Positions 24,184 to 36,257 of a stretch of DNA of 64,000 nucleotides are shown piece by piece. Every line of letters begins with the position of its first letter. Within the stretch, counting starts at the first letter, position 1. The position numbers and the translations under genes are program-made. The notes beneath the pieces were generated by a model. It searched no databases and had not been told where the DNA came from. It saw only the letters and a list, made by a program, of their open reading frames with translations. Origin of the DNA: Moniliella sp. 'wahieum' (Eukaryota); NCBI GenBank assembly GCA_003971905.1, contig RSEE01000041.1:186001-250000 (forward strand), given 5' to 3'.

Positions 24184-26039
24184 TCAGCAGAGCTCAGACA
24201 CGACGCCCTGCACCTTGGAGCTGTGCTGCAGGCAAGTAGGGAACTTAGTCTGACTCCTCCTCGTCCCCCCTCCCAGGGACTGCATCGACTTGCTCGTCCA
24301 AAAGTCCGTCCGTTGGCGCCGACTAATCCGAGCGAGCTTTTTGGGCCGTTCCTCCACTTCCTCGTCCAACTGCGGCGACCGAGTGCCTTGTTTCTCACTC
24401 GCGCTACCAGCCAGCTTGGTCGCGCTGCTTTTGCCCTCTGTGGCGTTCAAGGGGCTGGCGGGTTCACTGACAGGCTTCCCTGACCCCACCTCCACACCCA
24501 ATGTAGCTTCGACCTGGGCGCGCGTCTTCTCTCGCTCTGCTTGGCTCAATGGAGGCGAGGAAGAAGGGGAAGCAGAGGAAGGGGGGGAAGGCGGGGACTT
24601 GGTCGTCTTGGGCACGGCATCGGGCTGCTTCTCCCGTTCCAAAGGCTTGCTCAACTTGCTGTGCACGTAGCCCGACTCGGAGAGACGCGATAGCTGTAAT
24701 AGTCAGTACGATGGATCTCGGATCCGATGGCGGACAAATAAGAGGGGGGGGGGGGGAAGGGGGACGTACCCGATTGCGCTGTTTGATAGCCTCCTCTGAG
24801 ATACCGAGGATGCACCCCAAGAGCGAGCGGGGGTCCGGCTCGGCTCGACCGCTCGTCGTCGGCCTTGGTCATCAAATTTGGTGCGGGGCGGGCGAAGCAG
24901 GTGGCGGCCCGGGTCGGCAGTCGGATCAAATCGACACAAGGCACTGCTTAGTACGTCGTACGCACCGCTGAACGTTTGGCGCACGCTGAGAATGTTAAAG
25001 GAGGATTGGACACGTCGTTGGTCGTATCCAACGGATCTTCAATTGACAAGAGGAACGGACGCCGTTCGTCCTTCCATCCCGAACGCGCTTTGGAAAAGTA
25101 GCCGCCTTTGCCGCGAACAGTGATGCCAACCTGATCGTAATTGAATTGCTTGCCATAGAGCGAAAAAAATTCGAGCAACAAGACCCCAAGGTTGTCACAC
25201 GGGTCAATCTCCCGGCGCTGAACTTTGGGGTGCAATTGAAGAAAATTGATCACCAAGAGCGTGCACGCAAAGCTTCCCAGTCCACCAGAGTACACCTCAC
25301 TCAAGCCACGCTGGGCGAGCAAGAGCTTGACACACATGGTCAGCGGCCGCACGGCCGGTTGGCGCCGGAGCCACGAGTTGACAAAGCGCGCGGCGGCAAT
25401 ACCATTGGTGTGGTTGAGGGACATGTCCACCTTGAACTTGCCCAGAGAGGGAAGGGTGGTGAATTTGATGATGGGCACGCGGGCATGGGCAATGACTTGA
25501 ATGTCGTCAGCAATGCCATTGGTCTGGATGACGGTACGAAGCGCGTGGAGGATCCGCCGCGGGTTCTGCTGGCCCATCGACTCGGACACACAGACCAAGT
25601 CAATATCGCCTTGGGGCAGATAAAGACGCGTTTCTTGGCTGCCAAAGCTGTGCACTTGGGCATCGCGAAAGCGCGTGGTGACCGTCTGGCGGATGAGCTG
25701 GATCGCAGCGCGGCGGTCTCGTGCTCGTCGGGGGTAGGGGCGAGGTAGCGGTCAAACGCAACGATTTCCCGGTGCAGCGCTTGGGCGGCGTGGCGGGCGG
25801 TATGCCAGTCAACGTCCTTGGACCAGGGGGTGGCGAGGTCGAGCACGCCGGCATCGCGCTTGCGTTTGCGGGATTCGTGGGCCGGGGTGTCGTGGCCGTC
25901 GACGGACGCGATGAGGTCGTCAAGAGAGGGGGGCGGAGGAGAGTGGGTGGCGGGAGGGAGGGGGGGGAGGCGGGGGAGGGCCAAAGGAGATGAAGTCGTC
26001 CTGGAAGGCGCGACTGCTGTCGCGCTGTGTGGAGGCCAT
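24184..26039 (-). CDS. TRF4: Non-canonical poly(A) polymerase of the TRAMP complex (Trf4/5-like)
   Basis: FGSQETRLYLPQGDIDLV (GS/DxD nucleotidyltransferase motif), ARVPIIKF, RGLSEVYSGGLGSF, NLGVLLLEFFSLYG, LLSIEDP. ORF 24184-24666 is taken as the low-complexity last exon. Confidence 0.9.
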
Positions 26040-26338
26040 GGCGGTGGGGGTGGGGGGCGCTGGGGCTTGGTGTTGTGCTTGGTGCTGGTGCTTGGGCCCG
26101 GTGCTTGCAGCGTGCGAAGGCCAGCGCTGCCACACGGTTTGAGCCGTCGGCTGGAGAGCAGCAGAAAAAAACCACCTGCGCGGGCGGAATGGGCCACAGC
26201 GGGTGGCGCGGCGGAATGCCATCGCTGTTGCGATGGGCTGCATAATAACGTTGCAATATTGAAGGCGCCTTGACGTAATGTTTCAGTGCACTTACCAATT
26301 CCAATTTGTAAGCCGCATGTGTCACGGGCATCTTACCT

Positions 26339-28140
26339 CATCGATCCTCGATCATCGATCATCAGGTAGATCTCAACGGTCAAATCATTGCTTCGCCGAT
26401 CCTCGATCCTGGCCCCTTGTCCATTTCGGACCAGGGCATCCTTTGCTTCCCTTGGCCTTTGGTCTCAGATCGCACTCGTATCGCCAGACCCTTCCATGCA
26501 CCTGCTGGGAGTTGCAAATTAACTGGCCAACCCAACGTCCAACACGCTTTTTCGTGCGAACCGAACCAGACCGAACCTCAATAATGCGCCCGGTGATCGG
26601 TGATACCACCATTGACTTGACGTTTGACGCGTGACGCGTGACGTTTGACGCTCGTTTCCGCGTCTCCCTTAGCTTTTAAGCCTTGCGCGTTATGCGTTAC
26701 GAACGGGAAGTAGAAGAGATCGATGAGAGGGCCGGTGCGGTGAAAGGTCATGTGACCGGGTTTCACGCTTAGGACAAACCCTTAGGCCTTAGGCCTTACT
26801 AGGCCTTACTAGCTCCTAGTTACTAGCTTGACATGCATCACATGTGACATGTATGGACCGTGACATAGGCCAGTACTGTGATTATATCTTGAACAGGGCT
26901 TGGCACACATGGCACACATCACGGTGACTAGTGACTAGTGAGCTAGTGAGCTAGCTAGTGAGTAGTGACTAGCTACTGATTGCTTGATGCCGGCCGGTAT
27001 CCTGGGACGCGGAACTCAGCGCGTCAGATTTAAGCCGGAACAGGCCGGAACATCAAGTGGGTACGTTGAACGAGCTGAGTGCTTTGATGTTAATTTGATG
27101 CATGATGCATGATGCATGATGATCGATGAGACTGACGTACTCAGTACCAAGCCACTGGCGACTGAGGTATTGAGCGCAAGGTACTGAGCGCATAACGAAC
27201 CTAAGGCCTGAGGCGATGCATGGTGCATGCTCCATGATTAACTCGGGTACGAGGAGACCATTATCGATTATCCTTTAACGTTTAACGTTTAACGTACCTT
27301 GAACGCCTTGAACCTTTAAGCTTTACGCGTTGCGAGCTTTGCGAGCGCTTTGCGTTTTACAGGTTTAACTTGTAGCGGGTAAGGCGTAACGGTGACATGT
27401 GACATGCATGACATGAATGGCATGCCACATGTCACATGTCACTGTGATCGATGGCCAATTGATTGAAAAGCGATTGCAACCAAGTTGATAGCATTTTAAA
27501 TTTTACGGTTAAGAAATGCACCCATGTGTCTCACGTTTTGTACTAAACGTACTAGTCACCGATCACGATGTCACATGTCACATGATGCATGATGCATGAT
27601 GCATGACTTGTGGTGGCGTAAGAGACCATTACGCGGTACGCGTGACCGGTGACCGGGGACCGGGGACGCGTGACGGTGTGATTAGGGACTTGTGACTCGG
27701 GGACTGGAGCATGTGATACACGTATGACATGGGAGATCTGAGATCTGAGATCTGAGATCGGATGCAGATGCGCCTGGTGCGGCGGGGGCTGAATGGAAGG
27801 GTGTTTGTGTCTGGGTTGTGCGTTGCGTCGGATGTCCCGAATTGCAGGGCCTGGTTTGTTTTCGGTCCTGCGTCCCGCGCGTCACACCGTCACTTGATGA
27901 TTGATTGACCGATGGCCGACTGCATCGACGCGTGCATCATGCATCAGCCGAATGGGTAGGGTCGCAACGCAGGCCGCCGGCGGTATGCAGGGTGCGCATG
28001 GTCCAGCACACTTGCCCAACGACTCGGTGTGTGACATGTGCGTACGTGAGTCCAACGATGCTAGTTGCTCCGTGCCCGCACCCATTCATGAACCCATCCA
28101 TGCAGTCACGGCAGTCACTAGTCACTACTCACTAGTCACG
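26339..28140. repeat. Large island of 7-bp-period palindrome-plus-spacer mini-arrays
   Basis: ACGCGT x2 (26627-26639), AGGCCT x2 (26784-26796), ACATGT x2 (26840-26852, 27427-27439), ACTAGT x2 (26927-26939), ATGCAT x3 (27098-27117, 27585-27604), AACGTT x2 (27277-27289), AGATCT x3 (27734-27753). Confidence 0.92.
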
Positions 28141-28336
28141 GTGCGCTGGCTAGCTGACGATCCCAGGCACACACTGCTGCTGGTGGTGTGCTGTGCCGAG
28201 AGGCTGCAAGCAATCTTCGGCCGCGTTGGCTGAACCAATCCACGCCTGCTGGCAGCTGTGCGGGTGCCCCTTGCAGCCTGCCGTTCCTCCTGCCGTCCCC
28301 CCTGCTGCCCGCCCCACCGCCACCGCCCCCCGATCG

Positions 28337-31300
28337 ATGGCGTACAGCCAGCGCCAGCCCGTGCCTCCGCCGCGGATGACGACGTGTATGCGCGCCTACG
28401 CCTATGCGCCGCCGCCTGGCCTACCGACCGACCCGCCGAGCATGCCCGTGGGCGCGCCGCCCGCCCGCGTACGCCCGCCGCCGCCCGAGTACAGCCCCAG
28501 CGCCGCCTACCGCCCGCCGCCGCCATGCCGCCGCCGCCGCCGCCGTACCCCGTGCGCTATGCAGCCGCGACCGCGAGGCGGAGCCAGACGCACGCATGCC
28601 GCCCCCGCCGCCCCGGCCCCCTCGGTGCTGGGCCATGCGCCGCGCCCCTACTCGCCTGCCGCCCTCCCCACCGCCATCCGCCCGGGCCCCGCCGCTGCCC
28701 CTGGCCCCGGCCCCATCCCCATCCCGCCCCCGCCCATCGGCCCCGCGTCGTCGCCGTTGCCCTCGCCAGCCCAGGCGGGCCACCACCGCCCCCCTGGCAC
28801 CCGGGCATGCCGCCCCGCCGCGCGGGTACGAAGCGTCCCTCGCCCGCCGAGGGAGGCGGGGGAGGAGCGCGATGCGCATGCAGCGTATGAGCGCGAGCGC
28901 GCCCAGCGGGAGTATGAGTACGAGTACGAGTACGAGTACCAGGCCCAGGCTCAGGCTCATGCTCAGGCTCAAGCTCAGGCTCATGCTCACGCCCAAGCCC
29001 AAGCGCAAGCCCACGCCCACGCTCAAGCTCAAGCTCAAGCTCAAGCTCAAGCCCACGCTCAGGCTCAGGCTGCCCACGCCCAAGTCGACCCACTTCGCCA
29101 CGCGTCGCCTGCAGGAACGGAGGAGCGCGAGTGGGAGTGGAAGTGGGAGCGGGACAACGCGCGGCGTGGTCCCCATGCGCTGCATATGCTGCCTGCTGGC
29201 GAACGTACACGCGAACGGCTGATGGCGTACGAGCGGGAGTATGAGCTGAACCGCCAGCAGGGCGTCGCTATGAGTCTTCTCCCGCCCTACGCTGCTCCTC
29301 CTGACTCTGACGAGGGGAAGAGGATCGAGCGCAAGCGCAAGCGCTCGCGCATGCTCATGCTCATGCCCATGCTCAACAAGCCCATGCTCAACATGCCCAC
29401 GTTCAAGCGCAGACCCAAGCTCAAGCTCAAGCCCAAGCACACGCCCAAGCCGAAGCACAGCACAGGCACAGGCAGTACAAGCTGAAGCCGAAGCTCAATC
29501 TCAGGCACAAGCTCAAGCAGCTCAAGCAGCCGAAGCAGCTCATGCAGCTCAAGCAGCCGAAGCAGCCATGCAGCACAAGCGCAAGCACAAGCCCAGCCCA
29601 AGCCCAAGCCCAAGCCCAGGCCCAGGCCCAGATGGACGCCGCAGCTCATGCACATGCTCAACACATGGAGGCGTCCATGCCCCCACTGAGCCGAAGCGGA
29701 TGCGCACGCCCTTGCTCATGTTCCGGCTCATGCGCATGCCCAGGGCGAAGCGCACCGCCTCCGACCAACTCCGACGATGGGCAGGATGCCTCTTCCGCTG
29801 CAATCGCCCGTGGTACGAGAGAGACCGATAGAAGGGACAGGAGCGAGCGTGGCGCGCGTGGTGGCGCCCGTGCCGGTCCATGCTACGGCAGGAGGAAGAG
29901 GGAGTGTGGAAAATGGTGTTGCGCCGGGCACGGTGACTGCGGGTGCCGAGGCAGCTGGCACCAGCTCCTCGCCGCCTCTGCGCCCTGCCTCGGCCCAGCT
30001 CCCGGTTCCCGCCCGAGAACCGGTAGGGGTGATGAAAGAGTTGATGCAAGCCAATGTCGAAACGTGGTTGTCAATTGGTGTGTACAGTTTGGTTTCCGGC
30101 TGCTCGCTATGATATACTAACCTACCCCCCCCCCCCCCTTCCCGCGACGGTAGCCTCGGCGGCATCTACCATGGGCGGTCGCGATGGCTACGAACGGGCG
30201 ATTGAATCGATCCAGAATGCACTGCAGCACGATCCCCACTCGTTGGCGGCGCACCGAGCGCTGGGCAACGTGTACCGGGACATGGAGCAGCTGGACGTGG
30301 CGGTGGATGTGCTTCAACGCGCGCTCCAGCTGGCCCCTGAGGATGGCGAGACGTGGGGGGCGCTGGGCCACTGTTACCTGCTGATGGACGACTTGCAAAA
30401 TGCGTATGCGGCGTACCAGAAAGCGCTCTACAACCTGCCCAACGCCAAAGAACCACGGCTATGGTACGGGATTGGGATTCTGTACGACCGGTATGGTCTG
30501 TTGGACCAGGCCGAACAAGCCTTCTCGAGTGTGGTCAGCATGGACCGCGACTTTGACAAGGCCAACGAAATCTTTTTCCGTCTCGGGGTGATTTACAAGC
30601 AACAGCGCAAGTTTGCCGCCAGCCTCGAGTGTTTCCGCTACATTCTCCCTGACCCGCCCGCGCCGCTGAAACAGGCCGATATCCAGTTCCAAGTGGGCCA
30701 CGTGTCGGAACTGCAGGGCGACTTGGGGGCGGCGAAAGAAGCGTACGAGCGGGTGCTTGCCGAGCTGCCCCAGCACGCCAAGGTGCTGCAACAGCTGGGC
30801 GGCCTGTATCTTCACCCCGCCGCGCCATTTGCAGACCACGAGCGGGCGGTGGAGTACCTGACCATGTCGCTGGGGCGGATGCGGCGGATGCGCAAACGTG
30901 GTACCTTCTCGGTCGCGCCTTGATGGTTCAAGAAAACTACGACAAGGCGTACGAGGCGTACCAGCAGGCCGTGTACCGCGACGGGAACCAAGCTACGTTT
31001 TGGTGTTCGATTGGGCTGCTGTACTACCGGATTGAGCAGTACGAAGATACGCTGGATGCGTTTAGTCGTGCCATTCAGCTTCACCCGGGTATCCCCGAGG
31101 TTTGGTTCAACTTGGGCTGTCTGTACGAGACGTGCAACAACCAATGGCAAGATGCGCGGGACGCCTATGTGCGCGCGGCCCAGTTGGACCCGGACAATGC
31201 AGTGATCGCAGCGCGCTTGCGCTCCTTTCTCGCCCAACCTACCCAGCCTGTGCTCCCGCCCCGCCGACCACCAACGCCATTGGATGTCCCCCCGACGGTG

Positions 31301-32291
31301 CAGTACGTGTCGGGCTCGTACGAGCCGGCCGAAGGCGAAGAGGGGCCAGCGGCATCCCACGCCGCCGTACCGACTCTGCATGCGCTCGGGCCTGGAATGC
31401 AAGCGCCGAGAATGGCGAGCGGGCTACCTGCGCTGCAGCCCAAGGCGGGGGTCCCTCCCTCGTTCCAACGGCCGAACGGGAACGTGCCGACGCAGCGCCC
31501 AGTCCGCTTACCACGTCTGACGCGCGCCTCCCTGCGAACGGGGAGCTTGCGCAGCGCCCTGCTGGGCCCGGGGAGGGTGGGAGCCCGACGCTGCGTGCCC
31601 AAGACGACGGGTCGGGCGTGGGACGCGAGCCGGCGAGTGGTAAGAAAAAACGACCTTCGCCCCGCCCGCGCCGGAAAGCAAAAGTGTCCGATCCAGACGC
31701 CCCGAGAACGTAAAAGAAGAGCTGCGGGAAGCTGATAGCGGTGCGGTGGATGCGCTACTGGGTTTGGCCGGTGGCGCACGGTACCAGCAGCCTGTGCGGC
31801 CTCCTTCGGCGCCTACCGCCCCACCGGCCCTTTCGCCCCCACGCTCGTCAGTGGGGTCAGCGACCAGCGCACCAGCTCTGGCTAGCGTGCCGACGGGACG
31901 GCCTGGCAGTGCACTCGGTCGAGCCCCAACCAAGCGCGAGCGCTGGACCGCCGCTTCGCCCCTACAGCGAACAAGCGGCGTCGGGTGTCCAGTACAGGCC
32001 GTGGGCTCGAGGAGCGGGGACCTAGTCCTCCCTCGCATCCTCCTTCGCATCCCCCCTCGCGTCCTCCATCGCGTCCCCCCTCGCGTGCTACTTCGCGTCC
32101 CACCTCGCGTCCAGGCACCGAAGCGCACCCGTTGGTGCGCGAAAAGGTCATTGCCAGTCCAGGTGCCAGCGCTATCTCTGCCACTGGTTCCGAGCCTCTC
32201 CCGCGACCCTTCTCGCCCCTGTCCCCGGACGAGCCGCACCTTCGTCCGCACTCGGCCGGCGGCCGGCGAGCGCGGCCGGACGGACCACTGA
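28337..32291 (+). CDS. SSN6: General transcriptional corepressor Ssn6/Cyc8 (TPR protein) with long Pro-rich, EY- and QA-repeat N-terminus
   Basis: ANVETWLSIG, GETWGALGHCYLLMDDLQNAYAAYQKAL, EPRLWYGIGILYDRYG, KANEIFFRLGVIYKQQ, KAYEAYQQAVYRDG, FWCSIGLLYY, EVWFNLGCLYETCNNQ are hallmark Cyc8 TPRs. Ends are approximate. Confidence 0.93.
28910..29650 (+). repeat. Coding hexanucleotide repeats: (GAGTAY)5 = EY repeat and (CARGCN/CAYGCN)n = QA/HA repeats in SSN6
   Basis: gagtatgagtacgagtacgagtacgagtac at 28910-28939; caggcc caggct ... caagct caagct at 28940-29070 and again at about 29390-29650. Confidence 0.85.
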
Positions 32292-32468
32292 CAAGCAAGG
32301 CGAGCGCAGGCAGTCCCTAGGTGCCAACGTGGATGGGATCAGGTCGGACAGGCTAGGAGGGGAGAGAAAATGCTACATGGGAAATCCAATCCACTATGAC
32401 ATCAGGATCAGGAGCGGAGCAGGCAAGGGGGATCTTGGCGCTGGGGTGGGGGAGGCGGGGCAAGAGGG

Positions 32469-33646
32469 CTAGCGAGAGAGCAAGACAGGGCGGAGGGAGG
32501 GAGGGAGGGGAGGGGAGGAAGGAAAGGGAGTTAGGTCCGCACGGATGGTCTTGGTGGTGGCAAAGGGGAAGAAGGGGTCGGGGGCCGGCCCAGGCCAAAG
32601 CGCAACAATTGGTCGCGTACCCTTGCATCTCCCCGACTGGGACGGAGAGATCAAAGTCGTTCAACAGGAGGAACTGGAGTTCGAGTTGATTGAGCTCCGT
32701 AACACCCAATCCGCCCACCTGGGAAGAAAAAGGAACAAGGAAAGAAGGGGACGGTAGGTTAGTAAGGCACGGTGGTTGGGTCGTGCTCGTGCTTTCACCG
32801 GGCAAGGAGGAGGAGGTAACGACGCACTTTAGCGTAGCGAGCGTTGGTATAGAACACGTCCGAGAAGAACTTGCTGGCTACTGTGACGCCAGCAATGATC
32901 AGGCGGTGGAGGTTGAACGAGTTGAGAGAAAACCCGTGCAGGGCGGGATACACAGTGGCCAGCCGGGTCATGCGCTCATAGTAGACCAGCAGCGACACAA
33001 ACACCTCGTTGGTCGTCGGGCAGTACTTGAAGATACGCAGCAGGTAAGATTCCACCGAAATCGCAGGCACCTGCCGCGCCCGGAAACACAGTCCGCCCCC
33101 TTCTTTGCCCAGCGCAGCAAGCGCAGCGGAGGTAATGCGGGGCGGACTATCGCGGTCATCGTGCGGGTCGTGGGGTCGTGATCAGGGGACGAGGCTGTGG
33201 AGGAGGGGACGGAGCAGGGGGTGGAGGGGGCGGTAGAGGGGTGCGGGCGCGAGGGCGGCGGCGGGGGCCGCGGCAGACGGTCGTTGGAGGCGGCGAGTTG
33301 CTGGAGCAGGGCAGCGAGGAGGCGCAGCAGGTCGTGAGTAGGGTAGGTGGCCAGGTCGAGGTGCGAGCTGGGGGGGGCACATGTCGAGGCGGAGGAGGAG
33401 CTGGCCGTGTCGGTGCTGGGGAGATCGTCGGCGGTGCGGAAGCGGGTGCGAGGGCTGCGCGGCGAGGCACGCACGGTGACGGTGCTGCTCGTGGACTCGC
33501 TCTCGTTGCCGTCGATGGAGGGGGCGCAGGAAGGGGGGCGGGGGCGGGGGCTGGTGGTGTGGTGGTGCGGTGGTGGTGGCGGTGGCGATGCTGGGGACGG
33601 TGCCGGGGACGGTGCCGGCGGTGGCGCGGGTGCTGGAGCTGGCCAT
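32469..33646 (-). CDS. PHO80/PCL6-7 family cyclin
   Basis: LLRLLAALLQQLAASNDRL, PAISVESYLLRIFKYCPTTNEVFVSLLVY, FNLHRLIIAGVTVASKFFSDVFYTNARYAKVGGL, ELNQLELQFLLLNDF. Confidence 0.92.
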
Positions 33647-33949
33647 CGCCCCTGGCGGGGGGATGGCGGAGGGGGCGGCGGGGGTGGAGGCGCGCCGGGA
33701 TCGCAGACGGCGGCAGCGGAGCAAGGCCGAGGGCGAAGCGTCGGCCCACGAGGGCTGGTGACGATGACATCACCGCACTCGCTGCTGTGCCAGCGCAGCT
33801 GCCGGTCCACGTGACCGGATCGGAGGCCGGCAGCCGCCGTGCCGCTGAACATTTCACGCGGGCAGCTAGGGTTGCAATTACTAATTTCCCCGGCGCTGCG
33901 CGCGCTGCGTTCTGCGCTCTGCTCGGCCCCACCACCGCCGAGGGACGCC

Positions 33950-36257
33950 ATGCTGCTGCGCGCCTCGCTTGCCCCGCTCGCGCGCGTGTCGCCGCGCCAT
34001 GCGCCCACCCTCGCCGCGCGCTCGCCACGTCGGCCCGCGCCGCCCAGGCTGCCCCCGCCGACATCAAGATGATCAAGCTCACCATTGATGGCAAGGAGAT
34101 CGAGGTGCCGCAGGGGTACGTCCGTCGTCTCGTCTTCCCTCCTCCTCCCCCCCCTCCTGTGCCCATGTCCGCTGACCCAGCCTCTGCCCAGCACCGCCCT
34201 GATCCAGGCGTGCGAGCAGGCCGGCGCCCAGATCCCTCGTTTTTGCTACCATGAGCGCCTCAACGTTGCCGGCAACTGCCGCATGTGCCTCGTCGAGAGC
34301 AAGGGCGCGCCCAAGCCGCTCGCCTCCTGCGCCTTCCCCGCCATGCCAGGCCAGGTGATCAGCACCACCTCGGCCAAGGTCAACTCGTGGCGTGAAGGTG
34401 TGATGGAGTTCCTGCTGTCCAACCACCCGCTCGACTGCCCAATCTGTGACTGGGGTGGTGAGTGCGACCTGCAAGACCAGTCGATGCGCTACGGGGCTGA
34501 CCGCGGCCGCTTCCATGAGGTCAAGGGCAAGCGCGCGGTGGAGGACAAGTACATGGGCCCGCTGGTCAAGACGGTGATGACACGTTGCATTCACTGCACC
34601 CGCTGCGTGCGCTTCTCGAACGAAATTGCCGGCGTCCAGGAGATGGGTACGACGGGTCGCGGGAACGACCTGCAGATCGGCATGTATGTTGAGCAGGTGC
34701 TCAATTCGGAACTGTCCGGCAACGTGATTGATCTGTGCCCTGTGGGTGCGCTGACAAGCAAACCTGGTGCGTTCCATTCGCGTCCGTGGGAGCTGAAGAA
34801 CACCGAATCGATCGATGTCCTTGATGCCGTCGGCTCCAACATTCGCGTCGACTCGCGCGGTGTGCAGGTCATGCGCGTTCTGCCCCGCACGAACGACGAT
34901 GTGAACGAGGAATGGATCAACGACAAGACGCGCTGTTGATGGCCTCAAGTACCAGCGCCTCACCGCCCCGCTCATTAAGCAGGGCGACCGCTTTGTTCCA
35001 GCCACTTGGCCCGAAGCACTGGCATCTATTGCTGCTGGGCTGATCTCAACGCAGGCCGAGGGAAATGAGATCAAGGCGGTGGCGGGTGCGTTGGCAGACA
35101 CCGAATCATTGGCCGCACTCAAGGACCTAATCAACCGTCTGGGTTCGGACAACACGGTCGTGGATCTGCCTGCGGGGACAAGACCAGCATCAATGGTGTC
35201 GATATTCGCTCCAACTATTCGTTCAACGCTGGCATTGCTGGCATTGAAGATGCAGATGTGGTGTTGCTGGTCGGCACGAGCCCGCGGCACGAGGGCACTC
35301 TGGTCAATGCCCGTCTGCGCAAAGCCTTCCTCCGTCTTGGGCAGGACCTGGGATTGGTGGGCGAGCCAGAAGATTTGACGTACGACTATGCGCACGTAGG
35401 CACGGACGCCAAGGCGCTGCAGGAGGCTTTCACTGGCTCTTCTGAGTTTGCGCAAAAGTTCCAGGCGGCCAAGAAGCCGATGATCATTGTGGGCAGCGCG
35501 GTGCTGGAAAACCCAGACGGCAAGCACATTCTCAGTGGCATTGCCCAGCACATCAAGGACCACCAAGCGCAATTCCTTACGCCCGAGTGGAACGGACTTA
35601 GCATTCTCCAGCGCACCGCCTCCCGCAACGGAGCAAACGAGCTTGGGTTTGCCCCCTCTGAGGCGGCGGAGAAAACGGAGCCCAAGTTCATTTACCTTCT
35701 CAATGCGGATGACTTTGACCCTGCCTCGATTCCCGAGGAGGCATTCGTTGTGTACCAAGGACACCACGGTGACGTCGGCGCGCAGTATGCTGATGTTGTT
35801 CTGCTGGTGCGGCCTATACCGAAAAGAGCGTCACATACGTCAACACTGAGGGCCGGACCCAGCTTACCCGTGCTGCTGTACCTCCTCCGGCGCGAGCCGT
35901 GAGGACTGGAAGATCGTACGTGCCTTGTCGGAGGTACTGGGTGTGACCCTACCGTACGACAGTACGTTGGAGCTGCGGGACCGCCTGTTTGACCTGTCCC
36001 CCACGTTGGTGCGGTACGATGTGGCGGAAGCGACCAGTCCCGAAACGGCGCTCTTGGGTCTGGACCAACTGATTGCGAGCGGCAACCTGGCCCAGGCGAC
36101 GGGCGTACCGTTGACCAACCCGATCAAGAACTTTTACCAGACCGATCCGATCAGCCGCGCATCGCCGACGATGGCCAAGTGCGTCAAGGCGTTTATCGAA
36201 AAGCTACCGCGGGAGCAGATCGAGGACCCGCTGCCACCTCATGCACGCCTGGGGTAG
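33950..36257 (+). CDS. NDUFS1: NADH:ubiquinone oxidoreductase 75-kDa Fe-S subunit (NDUFS1/NUAM), mitochondrial precursor
   Basis: Arg/Ala-rich presequence, then [84 protein letters not shown]. Confidence 0.97.

Noticed and set aside
26339..28140. Synthetic polylinker/vector contamination or a CRISPR array (many HindIII, SpeI, BglII, MluI, NsiI, StuI-type sites)
   Set aside because: The sites are tandemly duplicated, partly decayed, limited to A...T palindromes and scattered in several native intergenic regions. There is no vector backbone, no 25-45-bp repeat-spacer structure and no cas genes.
34079..35767. 562-aa minus-strand ORF and many other long overlapping antisense ORFs
   Set aside because: These are shadow ORFs of GC-rich, codon-biased genes (here NDUFS1) with no recognisable domains.
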